DNA of 64,000 nt from Alphaproteobacteria bacterium (GTDB lineage Bacteria; Pseudomonadota; Alphaproteobacteria; RF32; CAG-239), in the NCBI GenBank assembly GCA_015062535.1, contig SUUK01000002.1:250493-314492 (forward strand), in the 5' to 3' direction. A program made the position numbers and the translations under genes. Every line of letters starts with the position of its first letter. Position 1 is the stretch's first letter. The notes under the pieces were generated by a model that saw only the letters and a program-made list of their open reading frames with translations, had not been told where the DNA came from and ran no database searches. This document shows, one piece after another, positions 20,166-32,259 of the stretch.

Positions 20166-22322
20166 ATGGCTAAAGCAAATAAAAAAGAAAATTATCTTCA
20201 ATATGAAAAAAAGGAAATACTTGAAAGTATTCATAAAATTAGAAATCGATTAGATAAAAAGCGTAAAGAAGAATTAGCTAATGAAGCCCCAAAAGAAGAA
20301 ACAGTTTTTTCGATGGTTCGTAGTGTTTTTTCTTTTGCCTTAAAAAAATCTAAAAAAGAAACTATGAAATATGTTAGCTCAAAAGTGGCTGAGTCCGTTT
20401 TTAAAGGGGCTGGACCATATAGTGGTAAATTGTTATATGGAAGTTTGGGTAATTTGATATTAAAATCAGTAAATGCTATAAATTTTTGGTCAACAGCGAG
20501 TTTTGTTGCATTGGAAGCTATTCGAGGTAGATTACAACATTTTTATGCAACCAAGGGTAAATTGCATGAAAAAGTTTTAACTGATAAATATAAAGATACA
20601 ATGACAAGTAACTTATTTGGAGATTTGTTACGTAATAAGTCTAGGCCTTATTTTAAAAAAAATGATTCAGCATCTTTATTTACAAATATTAATTCTATAG
20701 CTTCTAGTAAAGCATCGCTTTTGACTAGTAGTGTAAATTTAGGATCAGAGATTTTAGTTTTTTGTATGGCAACAGGTAGTATGATGCTTGTTTCTCCAAA
20801 ATTGGCTGGTGCTGTTTTGGGTGTTACGATTGTTGCGGATAGATTTGAAAAATATATGAATGCTCGTTTAAGAAAAAGTAAAAGTAGAGCTCAAACTTGG
20901 TCTAATAAAATGGGAAGTGAAAATAGAGATTCTGTAACAAATGCGACATTAGTGCAAGAAGTTACAAAGGTAGATGAAGAATCTCGAAGAATAAAAATTA
21001 GACAAAGTAGGATGTCTGGTGTTTCTCAAAAAATTAATAAAGCACAAATGTTTAGTAGTTTAAAATTTAGAAGTGCAATTATTTTAGGAATGCAGGCGAT
21101 AATTTCTTTTGCTGCTATTGTAGAAGTTATTGAAACTAAAGATATAGGACGTTTTGCGCTTATAAATAATGCAGCATGGCAAGCTTTAAATGCTGGAATT
21201 GGGTTATCGATGTATTATTCGGATATGCAAAAAATTGCACATCAAGTAATAGATACTGAGAAAAAATTAAAAACTCCAAAAGCTCTAGAAAGAGAAATTG
21301 GTAGAAAAAACTTAGATGAGAATGATACAAAAATTAGTGTTAGAAATGTTAGTTTTGCATATCCTAGGTTTGATGCTGTTACTAATATAGATATAAACAA
21401 AGAAGAAGGTGATACTATTGAAAGAGGAAAGTCTGCATTAAAAAATATTAGTGTAGATTTTGATAGAGGTCAATTAACGTCAGTTATTGGTGAATCTGGT
21501 GGTGGTAAGTCTACATTAGTGAATCTTATAAGACATGATTATGATGTAGAGAGCGGTGAAATCTATATTGGTGATAAAGAAATTAGAACTGTTTCTGATG
21601 AAGAATTAAATGGGCAAATTTCTTTTGTGGATCAAAATGTACAATTTTTTAATCAGTCAATAAAATACAATTTAAGATATTACAATGAAAATGCTACAGA
21701 TGAAGAAATTTGGGAAGTTTTAGAAAAAGTTTGCCTAAAAGATACTATTTTAGAAAAATTTGAAAAAGGATTAGATCATAATATTGGGTTTGCTGGAAAA
21801 GAGTTATCTGGAGGTCAAAGGCAAAGATTAGCTTTAGCAAGGGCAATTTTGTGTGATAAACCAATTGTTATTATGGATGAGCCTACAATAGGTTTGGATC
21901 CAGAAACGAGTTATAGTTTAATGAATACTATAAAAGAATTGTCTAAAGAAAAAACTATTATATTGGTTACACACAATCCAGCAGAAATAGCGCTGTCTGA
22001 TAGAGTTGTGATGATTGATAAAGGTCGCTTAATAGCAGATGGAAGTCCTTTAGAACTTGTCGAAAAAGGATGTTTGGATTCTGTTTTAACTAAAAAAGGT
22101 ATTGAAAGCTATGAAGAACTTTATGATGGGGTTTGCAAAAAATTAAAAGAACGTGAATTAATTGAAAATATTTTTGCTAGCGAAGAAGAAAAGCCTTTGA
22201 GTGATGAAGCCTTACAAGAAAAGCGTAAATTTTTAGAAGAGAAAAGAGATAAATATATACACACAAGGAAAATACAAATCTTATCTCAAAAAACGATGAG
22301 AAAAAAGAAAAATGGTAGGTGA
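20166..22322 (+). CDS. ABC exporter (TMD-NBD fusion) with charged N- and C-terminal extensions
   Basis: Walker A GESGGGKS, LSGGQRQR, IVIMDEPT, VTH; AGGAGG before ATG 20166. Confidence 0.88.
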   Translation: MAKANKKENYLQYEKKEILESIHKIRNRLDKKRKEELANEAPKEETVFSMVRSVFSFALKKSKKETMKYVSSKVAESVFKGAGPYSGKLLYGSLGNLILKSVNAINFWSTASFVALEAIRGRLQHFYATKGKLHEKVLTDKYKDTMTSNLFGDLLRNKSRPYFKKNDSASLFTNINSIASSKASLLTSSVNLGSEILVFCMATGSMMLVSPKLAGAVLGVTIVADRFEKYMNARLRKSKSRAQTWSNKMGSENRDSVTNATLVQEVTKVDEESRRIKIRQSRMSGVSQKINKAQMFSSLKFRSAIILGMQAIISFAAIVEVIETKDIGRFALINNAAWQALNAGIGLSMYYSDMQKIAHQVIDTEKKLKTPKALEREIGRKNLDENDTKISVRNVSFAYPRFDAVTNIDINKEEGDTIERGKSALKNISVDFDRGQLTSVIGESGGGKSTLVNLIRHDYDVESGEIYIGDKEIRTVSDEELNGQISFVDQNVQFFNQSIKYNLRYYNENATDEEIWEVLEKVCLKDTILEKFEKGLDHNIGFAGKELSGGQRQRLALARAILCDKPIVIMDEPTIGLDPETSYSLMNTIKELSKEKTIILVTHNPAEIALSDRVVMIDKGRLIADGSPLELVEKGCLDSVLTKKGIESYEELYDGVCKKLKERELIENIFASEEEKPLSDEALQEKRKFLEEKRDKYIHTRKIQILSQKTMRKKKNGR

Positions 22323-22328
22323 TATTTG

Positions 22329-24068
22329 TTATAAATAGCCTTCGGTTTGGAGTTTATAAAGATGGTAGAAAGTGCCATCTTTATTTTTTAGGAGCTCTTT
22401 GATTGTGCCTTCTTCTATGATTTTGCCATTGTCAAGAACGATGATTCTATCCATGTTTTTTAAGGTTGATAGGCGGTGGGCAATGGCGATTACGGTTTTG
22501 TTTTTCATAATGTTTGAAAGGGCTTTTTCTATGGCAAGCTCCGAATCGCTATCAAGAGCTGAGGTTGCTTCATCAAGGATTAAAATTGGAGTATTTTTTA
22601 AGATACTTTGAGCAATAGAGATGCGTTGGCGCTCTCCACCTGAAAGCTTTACTCCACGCTCGCCTATAATACTATCGTAACTTAAAGGCATTTTTTCTAT
22701 TGTGTCATGAATGTGGGCTAGTTTGCAGGCATTTATGATGTCGTCAAAGGTGGCGTTTTTGCTGGCAAATTTTAGGTTATCCATAATTGAGCGATTAAAT
22801 AAGCAAGGCTCTTGTGAGATTAGGGATATATTTTGATGAAGTGAAAAGAGGGTTGTTTTTGAGATATCTTGGTTTGAGATTAAGATTTTTCCTTTGTTTA
22901 AGTTATATGAACGAAGGATTAATTTTATTAAGGTTGATTTACCACTACCTGACAAACCGACTAGACCTACTTTTTCGTTTGGTTTGATAGAAAGATTTAG
23001 GTTATTAAATAATGGTTTGTCTTTGGAGTATTGGAAGGACACATTCTTAAAACAAATAGAATTGTCTTTTAGTTTAAGCTTTTTGGCATTTGGGATATCT
23101 TTTATTTCAAATGGCTGATATAGTAGTTCTAGAGCATCATCTATGGAGGCTTTAATAGAGATTATTTCACCAATTAAGTGTGCAGTTTGTTCTATATGGT
23201 CATTTAGACGCATGGAAAGAGTTGTAGCTAGTATAATATGTTCTAAAGATAGGTTTTGGTAGTAGTAAAAAGCAATTATGACTGCTAAATTTAGTACCAT
23301 AAATAAGGTAATTAATAAGGTATTTTGAAGATTGGAGATACCTCTTACATGTGCTTCTTTTTGGCGGGCTCGTATGTAGATGTTTGCTTGATTACGGAGT
23401 TTCTTTTTTTCATGATAAAGTGATGATGTTGATTTTACTAATCTTGCATTAGCAATAGAATCAACTAATATTCCCATTATTTTGGAGTTTTCATTACTTC
23501 TTACTTTAACATAACTTTTTACTTTTTGAAGGACTTTGTATGTGATAGATAAATTTATAACGCTTAAAATAAATAAAATACCACAAAGTAGAGGTGAAAT
23601 ATTATAAAAAATGAAAAAAGTTACAACAAAAGTACTTAAATTTGGTAATATATAAGCTCTTATTTGACCAAATAATTGACACATTGAATTAACGAGGTTT
23701 CCGGTTTTGCCTAAAATTACACCACTTTGGTTTATATCAAAAAAGTTTGGTGAATGAGAGTGATTGTGAGCAAACATGGTATTATGTAGAGACATTTGGT
23801 AGCGGATTTTTACCCTTGCATCAATTTTAATGCGAATGTAGTTAATAAAGTCTATGACTATTTGAATAAGGGCAAAGATTATTATGTATGATAAAAGGGT
23901 TGAGTTAAAAGAGTTGCTTAAATCTTTTGCAATAAAATTCAATATTTTGGCATAATAAATATGTGCAAAAGATGAAAGAGCATCTGGAAGCAATGCTAAA
24001 ATTGAGGAAGTGATAAAAAACAATTTGCATTTTTTTACGATAGAGATGAAAAATTTATAGATGTTCAT
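22329..24068 (-). CDS. ABC exporter (TMD-NBD fusion, MsbA/MdlB-like)
   Basis: Hydrophobic N-half; GLSGSGKS, LSGGERQR, ILILDEATSALD, IAHRLST. Confidence 0.93.
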   Translation of the reverse strand: MNIYKFFISIVKKCKLFFITSSILALLPDALSSFAHIYYAKILNFIAKDLSNSFNSTLLSYIIIFALIQIVIDFINYIRIKIDARVKIRYQMSLHNTMFAHNHSHSPNFFDINQSGVILGKTGNLVNSMCQLFGQIRAYILPNLSTFVVTFFIFYNISPLLCGILFILSVINLSITYKVLQKVKSYVKVRSNENSKIMGILVDSIANARLVKSTSSLYHEKKKLRNQANIYIRARQKEAHVRGISNLQNTLLITLFMVLNLAVIIAFYYYQNLSLEHIILATTLSMRLNDHIEQTAHLIGEIISIKASIDDALELLYQPFEIKDIPNAKKLKLKDNSICFKNVSFQYSKDKPLFNNLNLSIKPNEKVGLVGLSGSGKSTLIKLILRSYNLNKGKILISNQDISKTTLFSLHQNISLISQEPCLFNRSIMDNLKFASKNATFDDIINACKLAHIHDTIEKMPLSYDSIIGERGVKLSGGERQRISIAQSILKNTPILILDEATSALDSDSELAIEKALSNIMKNKTVIAIAHRLSTLKNMDRIIVLDNGKIIEEGTIKELLKNKDGTFYHLYKLQTEGYL

Positions 24069-24070
24069 AA

Positions 24071-25837
24071 TTATTTATCTCCTTTTTGAGTATTAATGTT
24101 TAAGTAGCCATCTGCTTGGAGAGAGTAGAAGTGCTTAAAAGTACTTTTTTTCTTCTTTAAGAGATTTTGAGGTGTATCGTCTTCTATTATTTTTCCATTA
24201 TCAAGGACGATTATTCTATCCATTGAGCGAAGAGTTGATAGGCGGTGAGCTATGGCAATTACCGTTTTGTTGTTCATTAGATTTGAAAGTGCTTGTTGAA
24301 TAGCAATTTCTGCCTCGCTGTCTAGAGCAGAGGTTGCTTCATCTAGGATTAAAATAGGAGCATCTTGGAGAATAGCTCGAGCTATGGCAATACGTTGGCG
24401 TTCGCCACCAGAAAGAAGTATGCCTCGTTCTCCTACAATACTATCGTAGCCGTTTTTTAGTTCCATAATGGTATCATGAATGTGGGCAAGTTTGCAGGCA
24501 TTGATAATTTCTTCATTTGATGCTTTGGGTTTGGTAATTTTTAGGTTTTCAAGCAAACTTCGGTTAAATAGGGTTACATCTTGTGGAACATAAGAGATAT
24601 TTTTATGAAGTGAAAATTCGGTTATGTCTGATATATCTTGATTGTCTATAAGAATTTTTCCTTTTTGTGGAACATAAGAGCGAAGAAGAAGATTAATTAA
24701 ACTTGATTTACCGGAACCGGATAAACCAACAAGCCCTACTTTTTGATATGGTTTTATAGATAATTTCAAGTTTTTGAAAACTTCTTTTTCTTTGATGTAT
24801 GAAAAAGTTATATCTTGATATTCAATAGATGGTGATTTTATTTTTAAGGCATAGGCATTTTCTTTGTCTTTTATTTCTATTGGTTTATAGATTAAGTCTA
24901 TATTTGATTTTAGTTCACCTAAATCTTGAAAGAAAGATGTAGAAACTCTTGATAAATTACCTAGCTCAGAAAGTAGCATATTTATGGCACTAAAAGAAAA
25001 ATATGCTAAACCTAAATTTAAGTTATCATAAATAGCAAAATAAATGATGGCAAAATAGCAAGAGATTGTAAATATAGTTTCTGTAAATCCTAGAATAAAA
25101 GTTGATGAAGCACGATTATTTTCGCACTCATAAGTGGAATGAAGATATTTTTTTAAGATTTTGAACGCATTAATCTTTTCAGAAAATATAGAGCCTGTGT
25201 ATTTTACGAGTTTGTAGTTTGTGATACTATCTGTATTAAATGCAATATAGTCTTTTTCTAATTTTCCACGTGTAGCCCATAAATTATGAATAGTTTTACC
25301 TAATTTTTTGATGATTAAATAAAAGGGAATTGACAATATTATAATTGTAAGGGCAAGTTTGGGGCAGCTATTGCCAATAATTGAAAAGGCAAAAATAAAG
25401 TTAATGATTGGGCGAATTAAACCAAAAAGTAAGACCGTTGATAGATAGTTAAATGTGCTAGAGGCAGAAGTAATGGCAGTTGAGATACGGCCAGTCATTT
25501 CATCATCAAAATAACGAGTGTTATGGTGGTGAACATGATTAAACATTTCTAGAGTTATGTTGAAGGTAAATGTTGATTCTGCATCAATCTTTATGGTACT
25601 TAAAAAATATTGATTGATAGCTTGAAGCACTTTTAAGATGATAAATAAAATAAACCAAAATAAAATGCTATCTATGGCAAGTGATTTTGTTTCTATACTA
25701 AAACAGTTTATGATTTTAGATGTTACGTATGGGGTTATGCTTAAAGCTATGGAAGCTAGTATAAAGCTCAAGGCATAAGGGATAAATAAGTGTTTTAATT
25801 TTTTGATATTAGTAAAAATAAGTTTTGTTAAATTCAT
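24071..25837 (-). CDS. ABC exporter (TMD-NBD fusion, MsbA/MdlB-like), paralog of the adjacent gene
   Basis: Same motifs as 22329-24068; 2-bp gap suggests a co-transcribed pair; start taken at MNLTKL. Confidence 0.92.
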   Translation of the reverse strand: MNLTKLIFTNIKKLKHLFIPYALSFILASIALSITPYVTSKIINCFSIETKSLAIDSILFWFILFIILKVLQAINQYFLSTIKIDAESTFTFNITLEMFNHVHHHNTRYFDDEMTGRISTAITSASSTFNYLSTVLLFGLIRPIINFIFAFSIIGNSCPKLALTIIILSIPFYLIIKKLGKTIHNLWATRGKLEKDYIAFNTDSITNYKLVKYTGSIFSEKINAFKILKKYLHSTYECENNRASSTFILGFTETIFTISCYFAIIYFAIYDNLNLGLAYFSFSAINMLLSELGNLSRVSTSFFQDLGELKSNIDLIYKPIEIKDKENAYALKIKSPSIEYQDITFSYIKEKEVFKNLKLSIKPYQKVGLVGLSGSGKSSLINLLLRSYVPQKGKILIDNQDISDITEFSLHKNISYVPQDVTLFNRSLLENLKITKPKASNEEIINACKLAHIHDTIMELKNGYDSIVGERGILLSGGERQRIAIARAILQDAPILILDEATSALDSEAEIAIQQALSNLMNNKTVIAIAHRLSTLRSMDRIIVLDNGKIIEDDTPQNLLKKKKSTFKHFYSLQADGYLNINTQKGDK

Positions 25838-25967
25838 AAGTATAGTCCTAATTATTATTTTTAATAAGGCGGATAATATCACAAAATTGTGGTATAGTCA
25901 ACTTTAAAAATGTGGGGAATTTTTTTTTAAGGTTGCAGTTTATTGGTTTTCGAAATAGTGTAGGGAT

Positions 25968-26978
25968 ATGAAGAGGATTTTATTTATAGTATTGTTTTTG
26001 ATATGTGTTGCAGGAGGCTGGCTTCTTTTTGCAAATAGGCTTGATTATAATAAAATAGTTTTGGTTTTGCCATCATCAAACAGAGCGTCTTCTCCATATT
26101 TTTATAAAAAAGATGGTGATTTCTTTTTAGCTAATGATTTGAAACTTGGATTTGAAAAGCTTGGATATGAAGTAGAGTATAGGTTTAGAGAAGACTATGA
26201 TGATTTAAGGCTTAAAAATGCAGGTAATGTAATTTATTTTAAGGGATATTATAATTTTGAGAAATTGCCGATTGATGATAAAAAAGGGCGAAAAACTATT
26301 TTATATGTATATTATTTAGAGGGGTTGCATCCTAAGATATTAGGTGAGGTAGATGCGGTGGCTAGCGCTTCTAAGCGGTTTATTGAAGAATATGTCTTGG
26401 GCAATGGTTATAAAGGGCAATATATTCCTCAATATACCAACAAAGAGCGTTTTAAGGATGCAAATAGTGAAATAGGTAAACAATTTGAAGTGTTGTTTGT
26501 GGGTTCTGACCATACAGGTAAAGGGCGCAAAAGTGTAGATTATGCTTTGATGGCAAATGCGAATTTAAGTGTTTTTGGTAAGTTTTGGGATAAAAGCTTA
26601 GGACGAGATGTACTAAAAGGTAGTTATATTGATAATGACGAGTTGTATAAATATTATGGAAATGCCAAAATTGTTTTAAATGATCATAGAAAAGATATGG
26701 CATATTGGGGATTTGTTTCTAATAGAATTTATGACGTGAGTGCTAGTGGCGGATTTGTTTTTACAGATTATGTTAAAGAAATTGAAGTTGAATATGGCGA
26801 TAGCATTGTGATGTATAAAAATAAAGAAGAATTCAAAGAAAAACTAGAGTATTATTTAGAACATGAAGATGAACGTAAAACTCTTGCTAGGAAGGCTCAA
26901 AAAATTACGCTAGAGAAGTTTACCAACGAAGTTGCGGCTAAAAAATTTGTAGAAATCTTTAAAAATATAAAAAAATAG
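25968..26978 (+). CDS. Glycosyltransferase, CgeB/Glyco_trans_1_2-like
   Basis: N-terminal anchor; LFVG, AKIVLNDH, VSNRIYD, YYLEHEDER. Confidence 0.8.
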   Translation: MKRILFIVLFLICVAGGWLLFANRLDYNKIVLVLPSSNRASSPYFYKKDGDFFLANDLKLGFEKLGYEVEYRFREDYDDLRLKNAGNVIYFKGYYNFEKLPIDDKKGRKTILYVYYLEGLHPKILGEVDAVASASKRFIEEYVLGNGYKGQYIPQYTNKERFKDANSEIGKQFEVLFVGSDHTGKGRKSVDYALMANANLSVFGKFWDKSLGRDVLKGSYIDNDELYKYYGNAKIVLNDHRKDMAYWGFVSNRIYDVSASGGFVFTDYVKEIEVEYGDSIVMYKNKEEFKEKLEYYLEHEDERKTLARKAQKITLEKFTNEVAAKKFVEIFKNIKK

Positions 26979-26997
26979 AAAAATATTTTTAATATCG

Positions 26998-27027
26998 CTT
27001 GATTTTTTTTAAACTAAACACTAACTA
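26998..27027 (+). promoter_or_regulatory. Putative RpoH (sigma32) promoter of groESL
   Basis: CTTG-N17-CACTAACTA, same spacing as the dnaK and ftsH motifs. Confidence 0.5.
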
Positions 27028-27067
27028 AAGTATTAGTTGTAATAAACTTAATTTGTAGGAGTTGTAA

Positions 27068-27358
27068 ATGATAGTTAAACCATTAAGAGAAAATATCTTA
27101 ATCAAAAGAGTAGAAGAAGAAAATAAAACTGCTGGTGGAATTATTTTACCAGATACAGCAAAAGAAAAACCAAGTGAAGGAACGGTTATTGCTGTTGGTG
27201 AGGGACGAGTTACTACAGATGGTAGAGTATTGCCTATGAGCGTTAAAGTAGGTGATGTTGTTTTATTTAGTAAATGGACTGGAACTGAAGTTAAAGTTGA
27301 TGGTGAGCCTTGCTTAATTATTAAAGAAGGCGATATTTTAGCCATTATTGAAAGATAA
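27068..27358 (+). CDS. groES: Co-chaperonin GroES
   Basis: KTAGGIILPDTAKEKP, VGDVVLFSKW. Confidence 0.98.
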   Translation: MIVKPLRENILIKRVEEENKTAGGIILPDTAKEKPSEGTVIAVGEGRVTTDGRVLPMSVKVGDVVLFSKWTGTEVKVDGEPCLIIKEGDILAIIER

Positions 27359-27377
27359 GTTTTAGAAAGGAAAATAA

Positions 27378-29027
<1,650 letters not shown>

Positions 29028-29048
29028 TTTAGAGCTATATTATAAGCT

Positions 29049-29077
29049 GAGCGGCACGAAAGTGTCGCTCTTTTTTT
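29049..29077 (+). terminator. Intrinsic terminator after groEL
   Basis: GAGCGGCAC-GAAA-GTGTCGCTC followed by T7. Confidence 0.85.
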
Positions 29078-29079
29078 GC

Positions 29080-30876
29080 TTAAAAGTTTAATTTTATACC
29101 AAAAAGAGTTTCTTTGTTATCATGAAAATCGGTGTTAAAGGTTTGATGTTTTGCATAGAGATTAAGATTGTTATTTATGCTATATGATGCTTCTAGAGAA
29201 TATGTTTCACCCTTGGTTTGGTGTGTAGTTGTGTAGTTTTTTTGGATATATGAATGGAGGCGAAATTTTGATTTGTTATAATAAAAACCGCCTTTTAGTG
29301 CAAAACCAATGTAGCCATTTTCTTTTAGCCCGCCACCATATGAAGCGTTAGGCACTGTCATTACATAAATTAATGCATTTTTAGTTAAATTATAGGCTTC
29401 ACCAACACCTGTTTCTAGTTTGAGGGCAAGAGTGTCTTTGTTTGTTTTGGGATTAAATACTTCTTTTAAGCCAAAATTTATATCATAAGAAAATGGGCTA
29501 AACATAACATTTTTGCCATTTAGTGATTTTATGGAAAGAATGTTTAGTTCGCTTAAGGTGTATTTATCGTCATTGTCAAGGTGTCGAATCTTTGTTTCTA
29601 ATACATTAATTTCTGCGCCGTCTAGTAGTCCATAGCTATTTTCTAATAAGTCATTATATGCAGGTTTTAAGGCTATTTCTTGGAAAAAGTTACCATTTTT
29701 TGAACCAATTGAAAAGCTTATACTATGTTCTTTATGTGAAAAAAGAGGGTTTTGACCAGTTTTTAGGTCTTCAAAGTATAAATTATTATCGTTTATTTGG
29801 CTTCGCTGTTTTAAGAGGTCAAAACTTTTTTTGCGATAATTTTTTAGTTCAAGATTTCCTTCTACATATTGGTATTGGATGTATTGGTAAGCTGTTTCTA
29901 ATACATCTGACTTTTCGCTATCTTTAAGGGGTGTGAGGTTTATGTTATTGTTTTTTATAATATCAACTAGAGCTTTTTTTTGCGCTGTATTCATTTGATT
30001 ATAGCGATGATTTAATTTTGACTGGCGAGAAGGTCTGTAATTGGTGTTTTTTATGAGTTTTTCATTATTTACAGCCTTTAGGGTAGATAGGGGGATGACG
30101 TGGGTTGTAAATTTGTCTTTTAAGTTTAGGGTTGGTCTTGTTGCTTCTAACATTGAAAGCAATATATATGAGCAATTTTTAGTAAAGAAATAGTAGCGAA
30201 TCTTAGCTTGCTTTAGCTCCCACATTAGGGCTAAGAATAGCTCTTGTTCGGTTTTTGTTAAATCTAGCTCATATTCCCAAATATCTCTATTTTCGATATT
30301 GTTATATAAGTTAATTACATCATAATAAGGCTTTATGCCAAATGTACCATAATAGCCCCCATATAATCCTTTTATGGCATATAAAACACCTGTTTCATCA
30401 CCGGTGTCTGCCCCAAAATTTGCACCATGTGCTAAGAGTTGTGAACCTTTTCTTTTGGTATCTATTCTAAAAAGTGTGTGCCCAAATAAAGACGATGGAT
30501 TTGACATATAGGCGTTTGTAAAGAGCATTGTTATAGATTTTGCCTGTAAATCGTTTAAGTATTGTTGGTAATCTTTGCAATTATTAAGGTTGCCTTTAAC
30601 TAGTCCTTTTTGCTTTAGATAAATAAATCGAGCTGGAAAATCACATTTTTTGGTGTTATTGGGAGTGTTAAATTGATTTATAGCTTCGTTTAATTCATCA
30701 AGAGGGGAATATCTGCCATTTGGGGTTAAAAAATATTCATTGTTTTCTACTAAAGATGTGTAGTTTTTATCATTTTTTTCGTAATGAAGTAGTTTTTGCC
30801 ACTCGATAGGAGTTGTTGAGTTAGCAATATTTGGAATAAGTGTAATTAAGCATAAATAAATAAAAAAACGTTTCAT
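29080..30876 (-). CDS. DUF4105 (Lnb N-terminal-like) domain outer-membrane protein
   Basis: Signal peptide; CDFPARF, SSLFGHTL, ENRDIWEYEL, YYFFTKNCSY; beta-rich C-terminus ending in F. Confidence 0.78.
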   Translation of the reverse strand: MKRFFIYLCLITLIPNIANSTTPIEWQKLLHYEKNDKNYTSLVENNEYFLTPNGRYSPLDELNEAINQFNTPNNTKKCDFPARFIYLKQKGLVKGNLNNCKDYQQYLNDLQAKSITMLFTNAYMSNPSSLFGHTLFRIDTKRKGSQLLAHGANFGADTGDETGVLYAIKGLYGGYYGTFGIKPYYDVINLYNNIENRDIWEYELDLTKTEQELFLALMWELKQAKIRYYFFTKNCSYILLSMLEATRPTLNLKDKFTTHVIPLSTLKAVNNEKLIKNTNYRPSRQSKLNHRYNQMNTAQKKALVDIIKNNNINLTPLKDSEKSDVLETAYQYIQYQYVEGNLELKNYRKKSFDLLKQRSQINDNNLYFEDLKTGQNPLFSHKEHSISFSIGSKNGNFFQEIALKPAYNDLLENSYGLLDGAEINVLETKIRHLDNDDKYTLSELNILSIKSLNGKNVMFSPFSYDINFGLKEVFNPKTNKDTLALKLETGVGEAYNLTKNALIYVMTVPNASYGGGLKENGYIGFALKGGFYYNKSKFRLHSYIQKNYTTTHQTKGETYSLEASYSINNNLNLYAKHQTFNTDFHDNKETLFGIKLNF

Positions 30877-30934
30877 TTGTTTTTATTAAAAAGGGTGCAA
30901 AAAAAACTTTACACCCTTTTTTGTATCAAAAAAA

Positions 30935-31393
30935 TTAAGCGTTTGCTAATTCAATGATTTTTAATGTTAAATCAACTGCTTCAACATTTTCATCAACGAA
31001 TAAGTATGCAAAGCTTTGTTGTGCTTTAAGACCTAAATCTTTGCTATCAACATTTAAGATGCCAGCGATTGTTTCAATTGTTTCGCCTTGACCACGAGAT
31101 GCATCCATAGCAAATTGTTCCATGTTGTTTTCAATAACAGCAAGAACGAGTTTGCCTGTTCCGCCAGTTACACGGCCGTTAGGGTCACAACCTGATGTAC
31201 CAAGTGTAACACCAACTGTGTTTAAGAACATAGAGTTAGTTGTCATAGCTAAAACTTGTGGAATGATACCAGAGTGACCTTTCCAAGCCATAGAACCAAG
31301 ACCGCAACCACCTGTTGAGTCAATAGCAAATGATGGAGTTGATATCATCATAACAGCACCTAAAACTGTGCTAAGTAGTAGAGATTTTTTCAT
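30935..31393 (-). CDS. DUF3015-like exported protein
   Basis: Signal peptide; GCGLGS, AMTTN, GTSGC, DASRGQGE; commonly found next to DUF4105. Confidence 0.78.
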   Translation of the reverse strand: MKKSLLLSTVLGAVMMISTPSFAIDSTGGCGLGSMAWKGHSGIIPQVLAMTTNSMFLNTVGVTLGTSGCDPNGRVTGGTGKLVLAVIENNMEQFAMDASRGQGETIETIAGILNVDSKDLGLKAQQSFAYLFVDENVEAVDLTLKIIELANA

Positions 31394-31609
31394 CTATTTT
31401 CTCCTTAAAATGTAATACGGTTTAATTTTAACTTTTATAAAATGGTTGTATAGCACAAAGTTTAAGTAATTAACAGAAGTTAGAGTAATTTATTGATTAT
31501 AAGATGTTTTTTTTGAGAGTTTAGAAATGTTTTTCACATTGAAATAAAAATATTACTTGATTTTTAAAATAATGGGTATTATAAGACTTCATAACTTAAA
31601 TAGAGATTG

Positions 31610-31688
31610 TTGGCTGCTAGTATAAAAAAGGCAGTCAAATTTTTTCGAACTTTTTTAAAAAACAACGTACCCGCAAGTAATTTTGCGG
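31610..31688 (+). promoter_or_regulatory. greA leader with terminator-like hairpin (possible attenuator)
   Basis: TTGGCTGC/GCAGTCAA stem followed by T6; second hairpin CCGCAA/TTGCGG. Confidence 0.45.
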
Positions 31689-31714
31689 AAAACATTATTT
31701 TTAGGAGAAGTAAA

Positions 31715-32188
31715 ATGGATAAATTTCCTCTAACCAAAAAAGGTTTTTTAAGATTGGAACAAGAACTTAAAGACCTTAAAGGCATTGAGCGTCCTAATGT
31801 TATTGCTGCAATTGCAGAGGCTCGTTCTCATGGTGATTTATCAGAGAATGCAGAATATTCTGCGGCTAAAGAAAAGCAAGGCTTTATTGAAGGTAGAATT
31901 CAAGAATTAGAAGCTGTGATTAGCCGTGCACAAGTAATTGACCCAAGCGAAATAAAAGGAGATGTTATTCGCTTTGGTGCTACTGTTAATGTAGTTGATG
32001 TTGATACAGATGTAGAAAACTCATATCAAATTGTTGGTGATTATGAGGCTGATATTAATGAAAATAAGATTTCTCTTTCTTCTCCACTTGCAAAAGCTTT
32101 GATTGGTAAAGAAGTTGGTGATGAAGTTGAATATGTTGCTCCTGGTGGCAAAAAGACTTTTGAAATTTTAGAAGTATCTTACATCTAA
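31715..32188 (+). CDS. greA: Transcription elongation factor GreA
   Basis: ARSHGDLSENAEY, SSPLAKALIGK; AGGAG before ATG 31715. Confidence 0.97.
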   Translation: MDKFPLTKKGFLRLEQELKDLKGIERPNVIAAIAEARSHGDLSENAEYSAAKEKQGFIEGRIQELEAVISRAQVIDPSEIKGDVIRFGATVNVVDVDTDVENSYQIVGDYEADINENKISLSSPLAKALIGKEVGDEVEYVAPGGKKTFEILEVSYI

Positions 32189-32259
32189 AAAAAATACTAT
32201 TTCGGACTATATATAGAAGCTGGAAATTATTCTAGCTTTTATTTTTTTAGGAGGAAAAG

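Noticed and set aside
26979-27067. CIRCE/HrcA operator before groES
   Set aside because: No TTAGCACTC-N9-GAGTGCTAA match.
31607-31714. 36-aa N-terminal extension of GreA from a TTG start
   Set aside because: RBS and family alignment point to ATG 31715; the region looks like a structured leader.
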